Source: Longimicrobiales bacterium
GTDB lineage: Bacteria; Gemmatimonadota; Gemmatimonadetes; Longimicrobiales; Gaopeijiaceae
Assembly (NCBI GenBank): GCA_965202985.1
Contig: CBDBCF010000001.1
Coordinates: forward strand, 1,088,001-1,152,000
Direction of reading: 5' to 3'
DNA length: 64,000 nt
In this document: piece by piece, positions 40,226-49,632 of the stretch
Layout of the letters: each line of letters opens with the position of its first letter
Numbering within the stretch: position 1 is the stretch's first letter
Notes under the pieces: model-generated
The model's input: only the letters and a program-made list of their open reading frames with translations
Told to the model about the DNA's origin: nothing
Databases searched by the model: none
Translations under genes and position numbers: made by a program

Positions 40226-40684
40226 GTGAACGCAGACCTGAAGAAGGCGGCCGACCAGCTCTTCGCGAAGGCGCTGGACGAGGCCGGAGCGAGAGACCCC
40301 CGGGACTACTACCGGGAGCGGTTGCGGGAATTGAAGGGCGCGAACCCGGAAGGGTACGCCAGCGCCGTGGGATACTACACCGACACGCTGCTGCCGTCCA
40401 TTGCCGAGGGCAAGGCGGAGCCGCTGGCCGCCTGGAGGGAGTACGGACTCCTGATCGCTCGGTTGACGGCGCCGGGCAGGACGGTGGCGGTCGATGCCGG
40501 CGGCCGGGCGCGGCCCTACGAGCCGCCGGGAAACTCGGGCGACATGGTGCTGCACCTGCCCGAGGGCCGAGGCGTTCGCGGCGGACGGGTGTTGCTGGTG
40601 GGCCTCCCGCCGACGCCGTCCAGTGCCCAGTTGGCCACGCACGACTGGCTGGTCGCCGGGCGGAGGGCTTTGCGGGGCGCGTGA
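40226..40684 (+). CDS. Hypothetical protein
   Basis: Host-like codon usage, 152 aa, stop overlaps the PPTase start (GTGA). Confidence 0.7.
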   Translation: MNADLKKAADQLFAKALDEAGARDPRDYYRERLRELKGANPEGYASAVGYYTDTLLPSIAEGKAEPLAAWREYGLLIARLTAPGRTVAVDAGGRARPYEPPGNSGDMVLHLPEGRGVRGGRVLLVGLPPTPSSAQLATHDWLVAGRRALRGA

Positions 40685-41445
40685 CGCCGGTGGTTCGCGT
40701 GTGGGCGGGGGCGACTTGCGCGGACGTCGATCGCGCCCTCGGGTTGCTCTCTCCCGACGAGCGGGACCGAGCCGAGCGGATGCGCAGCGCCGTCGCGCGC
40801 ACTCAGTTCGTGTCGACCCGGGCCGCGCTTCGGCTCCTCTTGGCCAGCGTGGCCGCCGACGGGACCGAGCCCCGCGACCTGCGCTTCCGGTACGGCCGCC
40901 ACGGCAAGCCGTACTTGCCCGGCGGACCGTCGTTCAACGTGTCCCACTCGGCGGACGCCGTGATCGTCGCGATAGCGGAGAATGGGCGCGTGGGCGTCGA
41001 CGTGGAGCGAGTTCGGCCGGTGCAGCGCATGGCCGGCGTGGCGGCACGCAAGTTCGCGCCCGCCGAGCAGGCTTGGTTCGAGGCGGCCGGCGCCGGTGCC
41101 GACGCCGACGAGCGCAACGTCGCGTTCTTTCGCATTTGGACGCGCAAGGAAGCCTTCGCCAAGGCCCTTGGCCGAGGTCTTGCGGCGCCGTACCGGTCGT
41201 TTTCGGTGGCGCCGCCGCGACCAAGCAGACGCAAGCCCGGTTTCCCGGACGGGATCGACGGTCGCTCCAACAGTCGCTTCGGCGCGCGCGGAGGACTCGC
41301 GCTTGTAGACATGCCGAGCGAGCGAGCCGACGCATGGACCGTGACGAGCTTGCCGTGGGAGCGGGATGTCGTGGCGGCGCTGGCCGTGGACCAGCCTTCG
41401 GTCGTTGTCGTGCGATGCCCCCTGCCGGACGCTGCTACCTGCTAG
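40681..41445 (+). CDS. Sfp-type 4'-phosphopantetheinyl transferase
   Basis: YGRHGKP, FNVSHS, VGVDVE, WTRKEAFAKALG. Confidence 0.92.
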   Translation: MTPVVRVWAGATCADVDRALGLLSPDERDRAERMRSAVARTQFVSTRAALRLLLASVAADGTEPRDLRFRYGRHGKPYLPGGPSFNVSHSADAVIVAIAENGRVGVDVERVRPVQRMAGVAARKFAPAEQAWFEAAGAGADADERNVAFFRIWTRKEAFAKALGRGLAAPYRSFSVAPPRPSRRKPGFPDGIDGRSNSRFGARGGLALVDMPSERADAWTVTSLPWERDVVAALAVDQPSVVVVRCPLPDAATC

Positions 41446-42442
41446 GGCATTTAGGCTCCGTGGAGTGCACCACCGATGTGCCGGTTTCGTCGAACTTGAA
41501 AGGCACGGTGATTGGGTTGCCCATGCGAGCGACCATGTCGGGTTGGCGCTCTGCCGGAACCAAGAAGAACAGGAAACCTCCGCCCCCGGCACCGAGAAGC
41601 TTGCTGCCCCACGCTCCCGCCTCCATCCCGATTTCGTAAAGCTCGGTGATTCGGGAGTTGGCGATGCCGCTGGCGAGCGTCCGTTTGGCCTGCCAGCCTT
41701 CGGAAAGCATGGCGCCCAGGGACGGATAGTCGATTCCGCTGCCGCCGTCCGCCTCGAGCGACGCGCGCACGCTTCTCGCCAACCCGAGGATGTCGTCCAA
41801 CGCCGAATGGTTGTCCCCGATTCGGTCGTTTTGTTCGGCCAGCACGGACTCTGCGGGCCGCTTCTGTTGCGTGAACACAAGCAGCGAATTGCTCTCCAGC
41901 TCTTGCTTCCGAGCTGCGGACAGCGCAATCGGTTCTGCCCGGGCCGCCGTGCCCGGCCCAAAGGACAGTGCCTTCAGACCGGGAAAAGCGGCGCCCCAGG
42001 CGTCTTGCCAGCCGATCGGCCGATTCAGCATCTCCCGTTCGACCTCGATCGCTTCTTCGGCAAGCACGCGGGGAGTGCATTCCAGTCCCAGGAGCGCACG
42101 GACCGCATGCACAAGGCCTACCGTCACGACGCTGCTGGAACCCAGTCCCGTCCCAGCAGGGATCTCGCCGATCGTGGCGATCTCGACGCCGTTGCGGACC
42201 TTGTAGCGCTGGAGCACCGTGCGCACGATGTCGTGCTCAAGTTCGTCCACGTCGTGCACAAGTTCCGCGCCGCGAAAGTAGGCAAGCCGCGTGCGGTCGT
42301 CCAAGCGGGGCGTCAGAAGCACATAGAGGTGCTTGCGCACGGCGACGTTGATCACCAAGGTGCCGCGCTCCCGGAAGTACTCGGGAAAGTCGGTTCCGCC
42401 GCCCGCGAGACTTACTCGATACGGCGTCCGGGTGATGATCAA
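41435..42442 (-). CDS. hddA: GHMP kinase, D-glycero-alpha-D-manno-heptose-7-phosphate kinase-like
   Basis: MIITRTPYRVSLAGGGTD, IPAGTGLGSSS, IGWQD, KLLGAGGGGF. Confidence 0.88.
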   Translation of the reverse strand: MIITRTPYRVSLAGGGTDFPEYFRERGTLVINVAVRKHLYVLLTPRLDDRTRLAYFRGAELVHDVDELEHDIVRTVLQRYKVRNGVEIATIGEIPAGTGLGSSSVVTVGLVHAVRALLGLECTPRVLAEEAIEVEREMLNRPIGWQDAWGAAFPGLKALSFGPGTAARAEPIALSAARKQELESNSLLVFTQQKRPAESVLAEQNDRIGDNHSALDDILGLARSVRASLEADGGSGIDYPSLGAMLSEGWQAKRTLASGIANSRITELYEIGMEAGAWGSKLLGAGGGGFLFFLVPAERQPDMVARMGNPITVPFKFDETGTSVVHSTEPKCPSR

Positions 42443-43098
42443 CTTTGTTCAGTCCGCGACGACGGTGCAGGCACGGCCCCGGCGCCCAGCCGCTCGAAGC
42501 TGTCCACGACCGAATGGATCAGCGCTTCGTGGGCCAGTTCGGCATGGCCGTAGTTCATGGTCGGCACGTGGAACGACAGGTCCGCGGGCACTGCTCGCAG
42601 GCGGTTGTCGGGAGAAAACGCCGAGAAGGTCGCCAGCCTCAGCCCCGAGTCGCGGCCGGCGGCGGCGGCGGACACCACGTTCTCGGAGTCGCCGGAACTC
42701 GAGACGGCCATGAGCAAATCGCCCGCCCGCGCTGTTGCTTCCAGCGGCCGCTTGAAGACCTGTTCGTATCCGAAGTCGTTGGCCATGCAAGTAAGGAGCG
42801 CAGGGTCGTTGAATGCAAAGGAACGGATGCCGCACTTGTTGAGAACATCCTGGGACAGGTGCGAAACCATCGCCGCGCTGCCGCCGTTGCCGATCCAGTA
42901 GATCGACCGGCCGGTGGCCGCCTGCTCCGCCCACAGCTGCAACAAGGCTTCCAAGCCGGCCTCGATGGCGACTGCGCGTCCTCCCTGTTTGCATGTCGCC
43001 TTGTCCAGCAGGCTGGCCAGAATCCGCAACCAGTGCAGCGACGCCTTGCCGCCCGAACCGGGGCCGGACCCCAAGTCGCTCGCGTCTATGCGCAACAC
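42439..43098 (-). CDS. gmhA: SIS-domain phosphoheptose isomerase-like protein
   Basis: IGNGGSAA, TCMANDFGYEQVF, SSSGDSENV, YGHAELAH. Start estimated. Confidence 0.82.
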   Translation of the reverse strand: MLRIDASDLGSGPGSGGKASLHWLRILASLLDKATCKQGGRAVAIEAGLEALLQLWAEQAATGRSIYWIGNGGSAAMVSHLSQDVLNKCGIRSFAFNDPALLTCMANDFGYEQVFKRPLEATARAGDLLMAVSSSGDSENVVSAAAAGRDSGLRLATFSAFSPDNRLRAVPADLSFHVPTMNYGHAELAHEALIHSVVDSFERLGAGAVPAPSSRTEQS

Positions 43099-44006
43099 TG
43101 GGCGCCCGTCGCGGCGTTGGAGCAAATGGCGCCGTTCACGTAGCACGTGTAGCAGGCGGCTTCGGTCAAGCGCACGTCCATTCTCGCCGCTTCGGGCAGC
43201 GTGTCGGCCAACCGCGCGCCGGGAGAATCCAGCAGGATCGGGCAGGCGTACACGCCGTCGGCGGTGACCAGCCGGGCGCGCGTGCACAGCAGTTGGTCCA
43301 GGTCGAAGCCGCACAGCATCTCATGAGTCACGATCTCGTCGGGAGCGTAGCCGCGACTGCGACGGGCCTCTTCGCCAATCAACAGGGGCGGCAGGATCTT
43401 CAGTCGGGGTTCGGCGTAGCCCGCCGACGCCAAGGCCCGGCGGAAAGCGCGCAACGTGGCCGGTGTTTCTTCGTCCGGCCAACTCTGCATGGCGGTGATG
43501 ATCGGCCGGAATCCGGCGGCGGCCAAGCGGCCCACGCCTTCCATTGCCCGGGCGAAGGCGCCTTCGCCCCGAATGGCGTCGTTGGTCGCCGCCGAAGGTC
43601 CGTCCACGCTGACGCGAAGCTCCAAGGCATTGCCGCTGTCGCCCGCGATGCGCCGCAACGCCTCGACTCGGCGGGGCGGAAACAGGGTCGCATTGGTCAG
43701 CACGGTGGTCGGTCCGTACCGGAGGGCGTCCTCGAGTATGCCCTCCATTTCGTGGTGCATGAAGGGTTCGCCGCCCGTGAAGTAGTACTCGCCGACGCCC
43801 ATCTCCGCCGACTGTTCCAGGGCTTCGCGCACCGCCTGCCGGGACATGAACCAGAACGAGTGGTTGTCGGGCGAACACGAAATGAAGCAGTGGCGGCAAC
43901 GCAGATTGCATACCGTGCCGGCAACCTGGAACCAGAGCTGGTCCAGCGCCGTCAACGACACGGCGGGAGCGGAAGGAGTGGCCGGAGCGGCCGGGCGAGC
44001 GATCAT
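43086..44006 (-). CDS. Radical SAM protein with Cys-rich C-terminal domain
   Basis: CNLRCRHC, YFTGGEPF, VLTNA, RVSVDG; C-terminal C...CPIL...CYTC...CSN. Confidence 0.92.
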   Translation of the reverse strand: MIARPAAPATPSAPAVSLTALDQLWFQVAGTVCNLRCRHCFISCSPDNHSFWFMSRQAVREALEQSAEMGVGEYYFTGGEPFMHHEMEGILEDALRYGPTTVLTNATLFPPRRVEALRRIAGDSGNALELRVSVDGPSAATNDAIRGEGAFARAMEGVGRLAAAGFRPIITAMQSWPDEETPATLRAFRRALASAGYAEPRLKILPPLLIGEEARRSRGYAPDEIVTHEMLCGFDLDQLLCTRARLVTADGVYACPILLDSPGARLADTLPEAARMDVRLTEAACYTCYVNGAICSNAATGAQCCA

Positions 44007-44182
44007 GGAGGGTCCAAGTTGGGGCTTGAGACCGGGCGGAGCAAGAGAGGCGAGCCGTCGCCCCGTGGGGACAGGACTACATTGGGTTGCATGGGACGGC
44101 CGAGCGCGAGCGCCGTCCCGACCGCCGGGGGCAAGACCGCCCGGCCCGCCCTGCACGCCGAACCTCCAACGCCGCTTCGCCC

Positions 44183-45556
44183 ATGGACTTCACGACGATC
44201 AACCCTGCCAACGGCGAACTGCTGCGCAGGTACCCGTTCCTTTCGGAAGACGACCTGGAGGCCGCCGTGGCGGGCGCTGCCATGGCCCAACGGGACTGGC
44301 GCGCGGTACCCGCAACCGAGCGGGCGGAGATCGTGGCGGGCGCTGCGCGGGTCCTGCGGGATCGCACCCGGAAGCTGGCCCAGATCGCCGCCCAGGAGAT
44401 GGGCAAGCCGTTTCGCGAAGCCATCGCCGAGGTGGAGAAGTGCGTGGTCGGCTTGGAGTACTACGGGGAGCACGGCGCCGGCTTCCTGCGCGACCAGCCC
44501 GTGGCCACGGAGGCGCATCGCAGCTACGTGACCTTCCAGCCGCTGGGGCTCGTGCTGGCCGTCATGCCGTGGAACTTCCCCTATTGGCAGGTGGTCCGCG
44601 CGGCGGCGCCGGCGCTGATCGCCGGAAACGGCGTGCTGCTCAAGCATGCGCCGAACGTTCCCGTCTGCGCCCTGGAGATCGCGGACGCCTTTGGGTCGGC
44701 GGGGCTTCCGGAAGGGCTGTTCGCGAACCTGTTCATCGACGTGCCGGCGGCGGAGGCGCTGGTGCGCGACCGGCGCGTCCAGGGCGTCACCTTGACGGGG
44801 AGCACCCGGGCGGGGCGAAGCGTGGCGGCGCTGGCCGGCGCCGAGATCAAGTCGTGCGTGCTGGAGCTGGGGGGCAGCGACCCCTACGTAATCTTGGAGG
44901 ACGCGGACGTGGAGCAGGCCGCCGATCTCTGCGTGACGGGGCGGATGATCAACGGCGGGCAGAGCTGCATCGCCGCCAAGCGGCTGATCGCGCACGAGGC
45001 CGTGGCCGACGACTTCACGCGCGCCGTGGTGGACCGAATGAAGCGCCTTCGCGTGGGCGAACCCATGGCCGAAGCGACCGACGTGGGTCCCATGGCGCGC
45101 AAGGACCTTCGCGACCACTTGGCCCAGCAAGTGGAGCGGAGCGTGGAGGCCGGGGCCGAGTGCCTGCTCGGGGGCAAGACGCCCGACGCGCCCGGCTGGT
45201 ACTACCCCGCCACGGTCCTGACCGGCGTGGCGCCGGGGATGCCCGCTTACGACGAGGAGGTCTTCGGCCCCGTGGCGTGCATCGCGCGCGCCCAGTCGGA
45301 GGCGGAGGCGCTTCGGATCGCCAACGACACGGTCTACGGCCTGGGGGCCGCGGTCTTCACGCGGGATCTGGAGCGCGGAGAGCGCATCGCCCGAACCGGA
45401 TTCGACGCCGGATCGTGCTTCGTCAACGATTTCGTCAAGTCCGACCCGCGCCTGCCGTTCGGCGGCGTCAAGGCCAGCGGCCTGGGACGGGAGCTGTCCC
45501 TGTTCGGCATCCGCGAGTTCGTGAACGTGAAGACGGTGCAGGTGGCGCGACGCTGA
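44183..45556 (+). CDS. NAD(P)-dependent succinate-semialdehyde dehydrogenase (Sad/GabD-like)
   Basis: MPWNFP, LKHA, LTGS, LELGGSDP, GQSCIA, EEVFGP, PFGGVKASG. Confidence 0.92.
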   Translation: MDFTTINPANGELLRRYPFLSEDDLEAAVAGAAMAQRDWRAVPATERAEIVAGAARVLRDRTRKLAQIAAQEMGKPFREAIAEVEKCVVGLEYYGEHGAGFLRDQPVATEAHRSYVTFQPLGLVLAVMPWNFPYWQVVRAAAPALIAGNGVLLKHAPNVPVCALEIADAFGSAGLPEGLFANLFIDVPAAEALVRDRRVQGVTLTGSTRAGRSVAALAGAEIKSCVLELGGSDPYVILEDADVEQAADLCVTGRMINGGQSCIAAKRLIAHEAVADDFTRAVVDRMKRLRVGEPMAEATDVGPMARKDLRDHLAQQVERSVEAGAECLLGGKTPDAPGWYYPATVLTGVAPGMPAYDEEVFGPVACIARAQSEAEALRIANDTVYGLGAAVFTRDLERGERIARTGFDAGSCFVNDFVKSDPRLPFGGVKASGLGRELSLFGIREFVNVKTVQVARR

Positions 45557-45571
45557 GGACGCCGACGCGCT

Positions 45572-46510
45572 CTAGTCGTCCAGGTACGTCACCCACCCCC
45601 ACGGGTCGGGCCCTTCGCCCTTGGCCAGCGCCAAGTAGCGGGACTGGATGCGTTCCGTGACGGGGCCTCGGCTTCCCTTCCCGATCCGGATGCCGTCCAC
45701 GGAGCGAATCGGCGTCACCTCGGACGCGGTGCCCGTGAAGAACAGCTCGTCGGCGGCGTAGAGCATCTCTCGCGACACCAGCTGCTCGCGCAGCGTGATG
45801 CCCAGCTCCTCGGTGATCTTCATGACCGAGTGGCGGGTGATCCCGGAGAGCGAGGTGCCGTCCAGGATCGGCGTGAGCACTTCACCGTCCACGACCAGGA
45901 AAAGGTTCTGGCCGCTGCCTTCGCTGACCAAGCCGCCCGGTCCCAGGCCGATCGCTTCGGCATAGCCGTGGGACACGGCCTCCAGCACCATCAGCTGCGA
46001 GACCAGGTAGTTGCCCGCCGACTTGGCGCCGCTGGGGATCGTGTTGGGGGCGGGGCGGTTCCACGACGACACGCACACGTCCACGCCCTGTCGCAGTCCC
46101 TCTTCGCCCAGGTAGGCGCCCCAGGGCCACATGGGGATGTACGTCTCGACGGGGCTGAACTCGGGGTTCATCGCCGCAGACCCGTAGCCCCGCAGGACCA
46201 TGGGGCGGATGTAGCACGACGCCAGGTCGTTCTTGCGGATCGTGGTCAGCGTGGCGTCCGCGAGTTCGTCTATGGTGTGGTCCGGCTCCATCCGGTAGGT
46301 GCGGCTGGACGCGAGAAGCCGGCGCAAGTGCGCGTCGAGCCTGAACACGGCCGGTCCCCGAGGCGTCTCGTAGCACCGGATGCCCTCGAACACCGACGCC
46401 GCGAACTGCACGGCCAAGCTGAGCACGTGAATCTGCGCGTCTTCCCAGCGGACGAACTCGCCGTCCTTCCACATCCAAGGGCTGCCTTCGAGCTTGCCGA
46501 CGGTTCCCAT
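45572..46510 (-). CDS. ilvE: Branched-chain amino acid aminotransferase
   Basis: FEGIRCY, YIRP, AKSAGNY, SEGSGQN, LSGITR, GTASEVTP. Confidence 0.94.
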   Translation of the reverse strand: MGTVGKLEGSPWMWKDGEFVRWEDAQIHVLSLAVQFAASVFEGIRCYETPRGPAVFRLDAHLRRLLASSRTYRMEPDHTIDELADATLTTIRKNDLASCYIRPMVLRGYGSAAMNPEFSPVETYIPMWPWGAYLGEEGLRQGVDVCVSSWNRPAPNTIPSGAKSAGNYLVSQLMVLEAVSHGYAEAIGLGPGGLVSEGSGQNLFLVVDGEVLTPILDGTSLSGITRHSVMKITEELGITLREQLVSREMLYAADELFFTGTASEVTPIRSVDGIRIGKGSRGPVTERIQSRYLALAKGEGPDPWGWVTYLDD

Positions 46511-46514
46511 CGCG

Positions 46515-46982
46515 CTATCCCTCCGCCCGAGGCGCGGGGGGCGGCGCGCCCGCAGCCGGCGCGTCCGAGCCGGCCGAGTCGCCGGACGCGCGTCCCGATT
46601 CGCCCGGGTCGCCGCCTCGCAGGTACGCGTCGGTCCCGTCCAGCCAGTCCTGGCGGGGCGGCGCGAACACGTCCACGTCCAGGGTGTCCTCCAGGGCCTC
46701 GGCTTCGTGGGGAACGTTGCTGGGCAGGTGGAGGATCTCGCCCGAGCGCACGACCAGGTCGTCTGGGCCGCCGTCGCCGATCCGGAACTTGAGGGCGCCG
46801 TCCACGACGTAGGTGAACTGCTCGTTGTCGTGCGAGTGCATGGGCACCACGGCGCCCTTCTTGAGGTAGACGTGGGCCAGCATTGCCCGGTCTCCGGTGA
46901 CCAAGCTGCGGGAAACGAGCGGGTTCAGCGTTTCCTTCGGGAGTTCGGCCACGCGGTAATGGCGGACCTTCGAGTCGCTCAC
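46515..46982 (-). CDS. Cupin domain protein
   Basis: GAVVPMHSHDNEQFTYV, LPSNVPH, DVFAPPRQDW. Confidence 0.9.
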   Translation of the reverse strand: MSDSKVRHYRVAELPKETLNPLVSRSLVTGDRAMLAHVYLKKGAVVPMHSHDNEQFTYVVDGALKFRIGDGGPDDLVVRSGEILHLPSNVPHEAEALEDTLDVDVFAPPRQDWLDGTDAYLRGGDPGESGRASGDSAGSDAPAAGAPPPAPRAEG

Positions 46983-47110
46983 GGACGGGGGCTCCGGCAA
47001 GGGGGAGTTAGGCGGGCGTCGCGCCCAGGGCTGCAACGACAATTCTGCCAAGAAGCGCGCGTGTTGGGAAGGTGGAGCCGGGCCGGGCCTGGTGGTATGT
47101 TGCAACCGCC

Positions 47111-47899
47111 ATGAACCGCATTCGAGGAAAGCTCGCCGTGGTCACCGGAGCTACGGCCGGGATCGGGGCGGCGTGCGCGCGGTCGCTGGCGGAGTCGGGG
47201 GCGCGGCTGGTGCTGACGGGCCGGAGGACGGAGCGCTTGCAGTCGTTGGCGGACGAGGTCGCGCGGGCGGGCGGCGAGGCGTGGCCCTACGCGCTCGACG
47301 TGACGGACCGGGAGCGCGTGTCGGGGTTTGCGAGATGGCTGGAAGACGAAGGACTGGCGCCGGACATCTTGGTGAACAACGCGGGACTGGCCCGGGGACT
47401 CGATCCCGTCCACGAAGGGAAGCATCGGGATTGGGACGAGATGATCGACACCAACGTGAAGGGCGTCCTCAACATGATGCGCGCCCTGCTGCCGGGAATG
47501 GTCGAACGCGACTCGGGACACGTGGTCAACGTGGGAAGCATCGCGGGCTACGTGGCGTACCCCAAGGGCAACGTCTACTGCGCCACCAAGTTCGCCGTGC
47601 GGGGCCTGACCGAGGGCGCCAACTTGGACTTGGTGGGCACCAAGGTCCGCATGTCGAGCGTGGACCCGGGACTGGTCGAGACCGAGTTCTCCCGCGTGCG
47701 CTTTCGGGGCGACCAGGAGCGGGCCAGTCTGACGTACCGCGACGTGGAGGCGCTTCAGCCCGAAGACGTGGCCGAGGCCGTGGTGCACGTCCTCAACGCG
47801 CATCCTCGCGTCAACGTGCTGCACATGGTGGTGATGCCGACGGTCCAGCGCTCGCCGTTCGTGATGGCGCGGCGGAGCCCGACGGGCGGCGATGAATAG
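47111..47899 (+). CDS. SDR oxidoreductase (YdfG-like)
   Basis: TGATAGIG, VNNAGLARG, YCATK, PGLVETEFS. Confidence 0.92.
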   Translation: MNRIRGKLAVVTGATAGIGAACARSLAESGARLVLTGRRTERLQSLADEVARAGGEAWPYALDVTDRERVSGFARWLEDEGLAPDILVNNAGLARGLDPVHEGKHRDWDEMIDTNVKGVLNMMRALLPGMVERDSGHVVNVGSIAGYVAYPKGNVYCATKFAVRGLTEGANLDLVGTKVRMSSVDPGLVETEFSRVRFRGDQERASLTYRDVEALQPEDVAEAVVHVLNAHPRVNVLHMVVMPTVQRSPFVMARRSPTGGDE

Positions 47900-48845
47900 C
47901 GGCGCGAGAGCCAAGGCCGGCAAGCGGCTGGCGACCGTTCGCCACTGCGCGAGCCTCCTCCTGGTCGCGGTCGCGCTGGCAGCGGCCGGAGGGGCGGCGC
48001 ATCGGACGCCGTGGGGCGCGTCGGGCCATGGAATGGCTGCACGGGCCGCGACCGAACGGCTTCCCGACGCCATGCCGGGGTTCTTCAGAGACGCGGCGGA
48101 CCAGCTGGTCTACCTGAACCCGGAGCCGGACCGCTGGCGCGACTGGGACGTGCGCGAGATGGACCAGGCGTTCGCGTACGACCACTACGTGGACTTGGAG
48201 AACCTGCCCGTTGGCGCGCTGGACGCTCCGGATCGGTTCGCGTACTTGCGGCTGCTGTACGAGGCGGGCCTGGAGCGGCCCGAGCGCGACGCCGGGTTCC
48301 TGCCCTTCCGGATCGTGGAGCTCTACCAGCGCTTGACTTCGGGTTGGCGGCGCTGGCGCGCGGAGCAGGACCGGGACCGGCGTGCCTGGATCGAGGAGCG
48401 GATCGTGGCGGACGCGGGCATCCTGGGTCATTACGTGACCGACGCCTCCCAGCCGCACCACACCACGATCCACTTCAACGGATGGGACGCCGACACGCCG
48501 AACCCCCAAGGCTACACCCGCGACGACGACTTCCACGCCCGCTTCGAGCGGCACTTCGTGGACGCGCACGTGACGCTGGCCATGGTGAGGAGCCGCATGG
48601 ACGGGCGGGCGCTTCGGTCCGTGGCCGGGTCGGCGCGGGAAGCGGTGGCCGAGCACGTCATGGAGTCGCACGCCGAGGTCGAGACCCTCTATCGGCTCGA
48701 GCAGGAGGTGGGGTTCGCCCCGGATCGGCCGGCCGATGCGCGGGCCGGCGACTTTGCCGCGCGCAGACTGGCGGCGGGGGCGGAGATGCTGGCCGTGCTG
48801 TGGTGGTCGGCCTGGCTGGAGAGCACACGGACGGACGCGCCGTGA
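47892..48845 (+). CDS. S1/P1 nuclease / Zn-phospholipase C-like exported enzyme
   Basis: Signal peptide, WGASGH, PDRW, HYVD, GHYVTDASQPHH, HARFE. Confidence 0.8.
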   Translation: MNSGARAKAGKRLATVRHCASLLLVAVALAAAGGAAHRTPWGASGHGMAARAATERLPDAMPGFFRDAADQLVYLNPEPDRWRDWDVREMDQAFAYDHYVDLENLPVGALDAPDRFAYLRLLYEAGLERPERDAGFLPFRIVELYQRLTSGWRRWRAEQDRDRRAWIEERIVADAGILGHYVTDASQPHHTTIHFNGWDADTPNPQGYTRDDDFHARFERHFVDAHVTLAMVRSRMDGRALRSVAGSAREAVAEHVMESHAEVETLYRLEQEVGFAPDRPADARAGDFAARRLAAGAEMLAVLWWSAWLESTRTDAP

Positions 48846-49591
48846 TGCCGGCGGCGGACGGGGGCGACGCCGTCTTGGAGGGCGGTATCGCGGGCGTCGT
48901 CGGGGGCAGTGTCGCGATCGTGGTGCCGGCCGCGGGGGCGTCCCGGCGCATGGGGCGCAACAAGCTTCTCTTGGACGTGGGGGGCGAAGCCATGGTCGCT
49001 CGGGCCGTCCGAACCGCCTTGGACGCGGGGCTCGGTTCCGTCGTGGTTGTCACGGGGCACGACCGCCGGGCGGTCGAGACCGCGCTGCATGGCGTGCCGT
49101 GCCGTCGAGTCCACAACCCGAACCACGCGCGCGGGATGCACACGTCGGTGGCGGCCGGGGCAACCTGCCTGGGCGACGACCACCCAGCGGCAATCGTCGC
49201 CTTGGCCGACATGCCTTTTGTAACGCCCGACATGCTGCGGGCACTGGCCGTCCGGCACCGCGAGACCGGGGCGCCGGTGGTTGCGTCGCGCTACGGCGGC
49301 GGACCTCCTGTCCCCCCAGTCCTCTACGATCGCCGACTTTTCGGCGAGCTGCGCCGCTTGGACGCGCGTTGCGGTCGCGCCGTGATCCAGCGCCACGCCA
49401 ACGAGGCCGAGACGCTGTCGTGGCCGCTGGCCGCTTCGCGCGACCTGGACCGCCCTGCCGACTACGAGCAAGCGCAGGCGGCGTTGGCCAGCCAGCGCGG
49501 CCCGGCCTTCGCCGGCATCGCCGGCTCCGCTGGCTCGCCGTCGGGCGCAGACAACCGCGAGGCCGTCGCCCGCGGTCTATACTGCAGATGA
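48842..49591 (+). CDS. MocA-like nucleotidyltransferase (NTP_transf_3)
   Basis: AAGASRRMGRNKLLL, NPNHARGMHTS, LADMP, DLDRPADY. Confidence 0.88.
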   Translation: MMPAADGGDAVLEGGIAGVVGGSVAIVVPAAGASRRMGRNKLLLDVGGEAMVARAVRTALDAGLGSVVVVTGHDRRAVETALHGVPCRRVHNPNHARGMHTSVAAGATCLGDDHPAAIVALADMPFVTPDMLRALAVRHRETGAPVVASRYGGGPPVPPVLYDRRLFGELRRLDARCGRAVIQRHANEAETLSWPLAASRDLDRPADYEQAQAALASQRGPAFAGIAGSAGSPSGADNREAVARGLYCR

Positions 49592-49632
49592 TCCCGCTGC
49601 CTACTGATCCTCCCGCACAAGGACATGCCACC

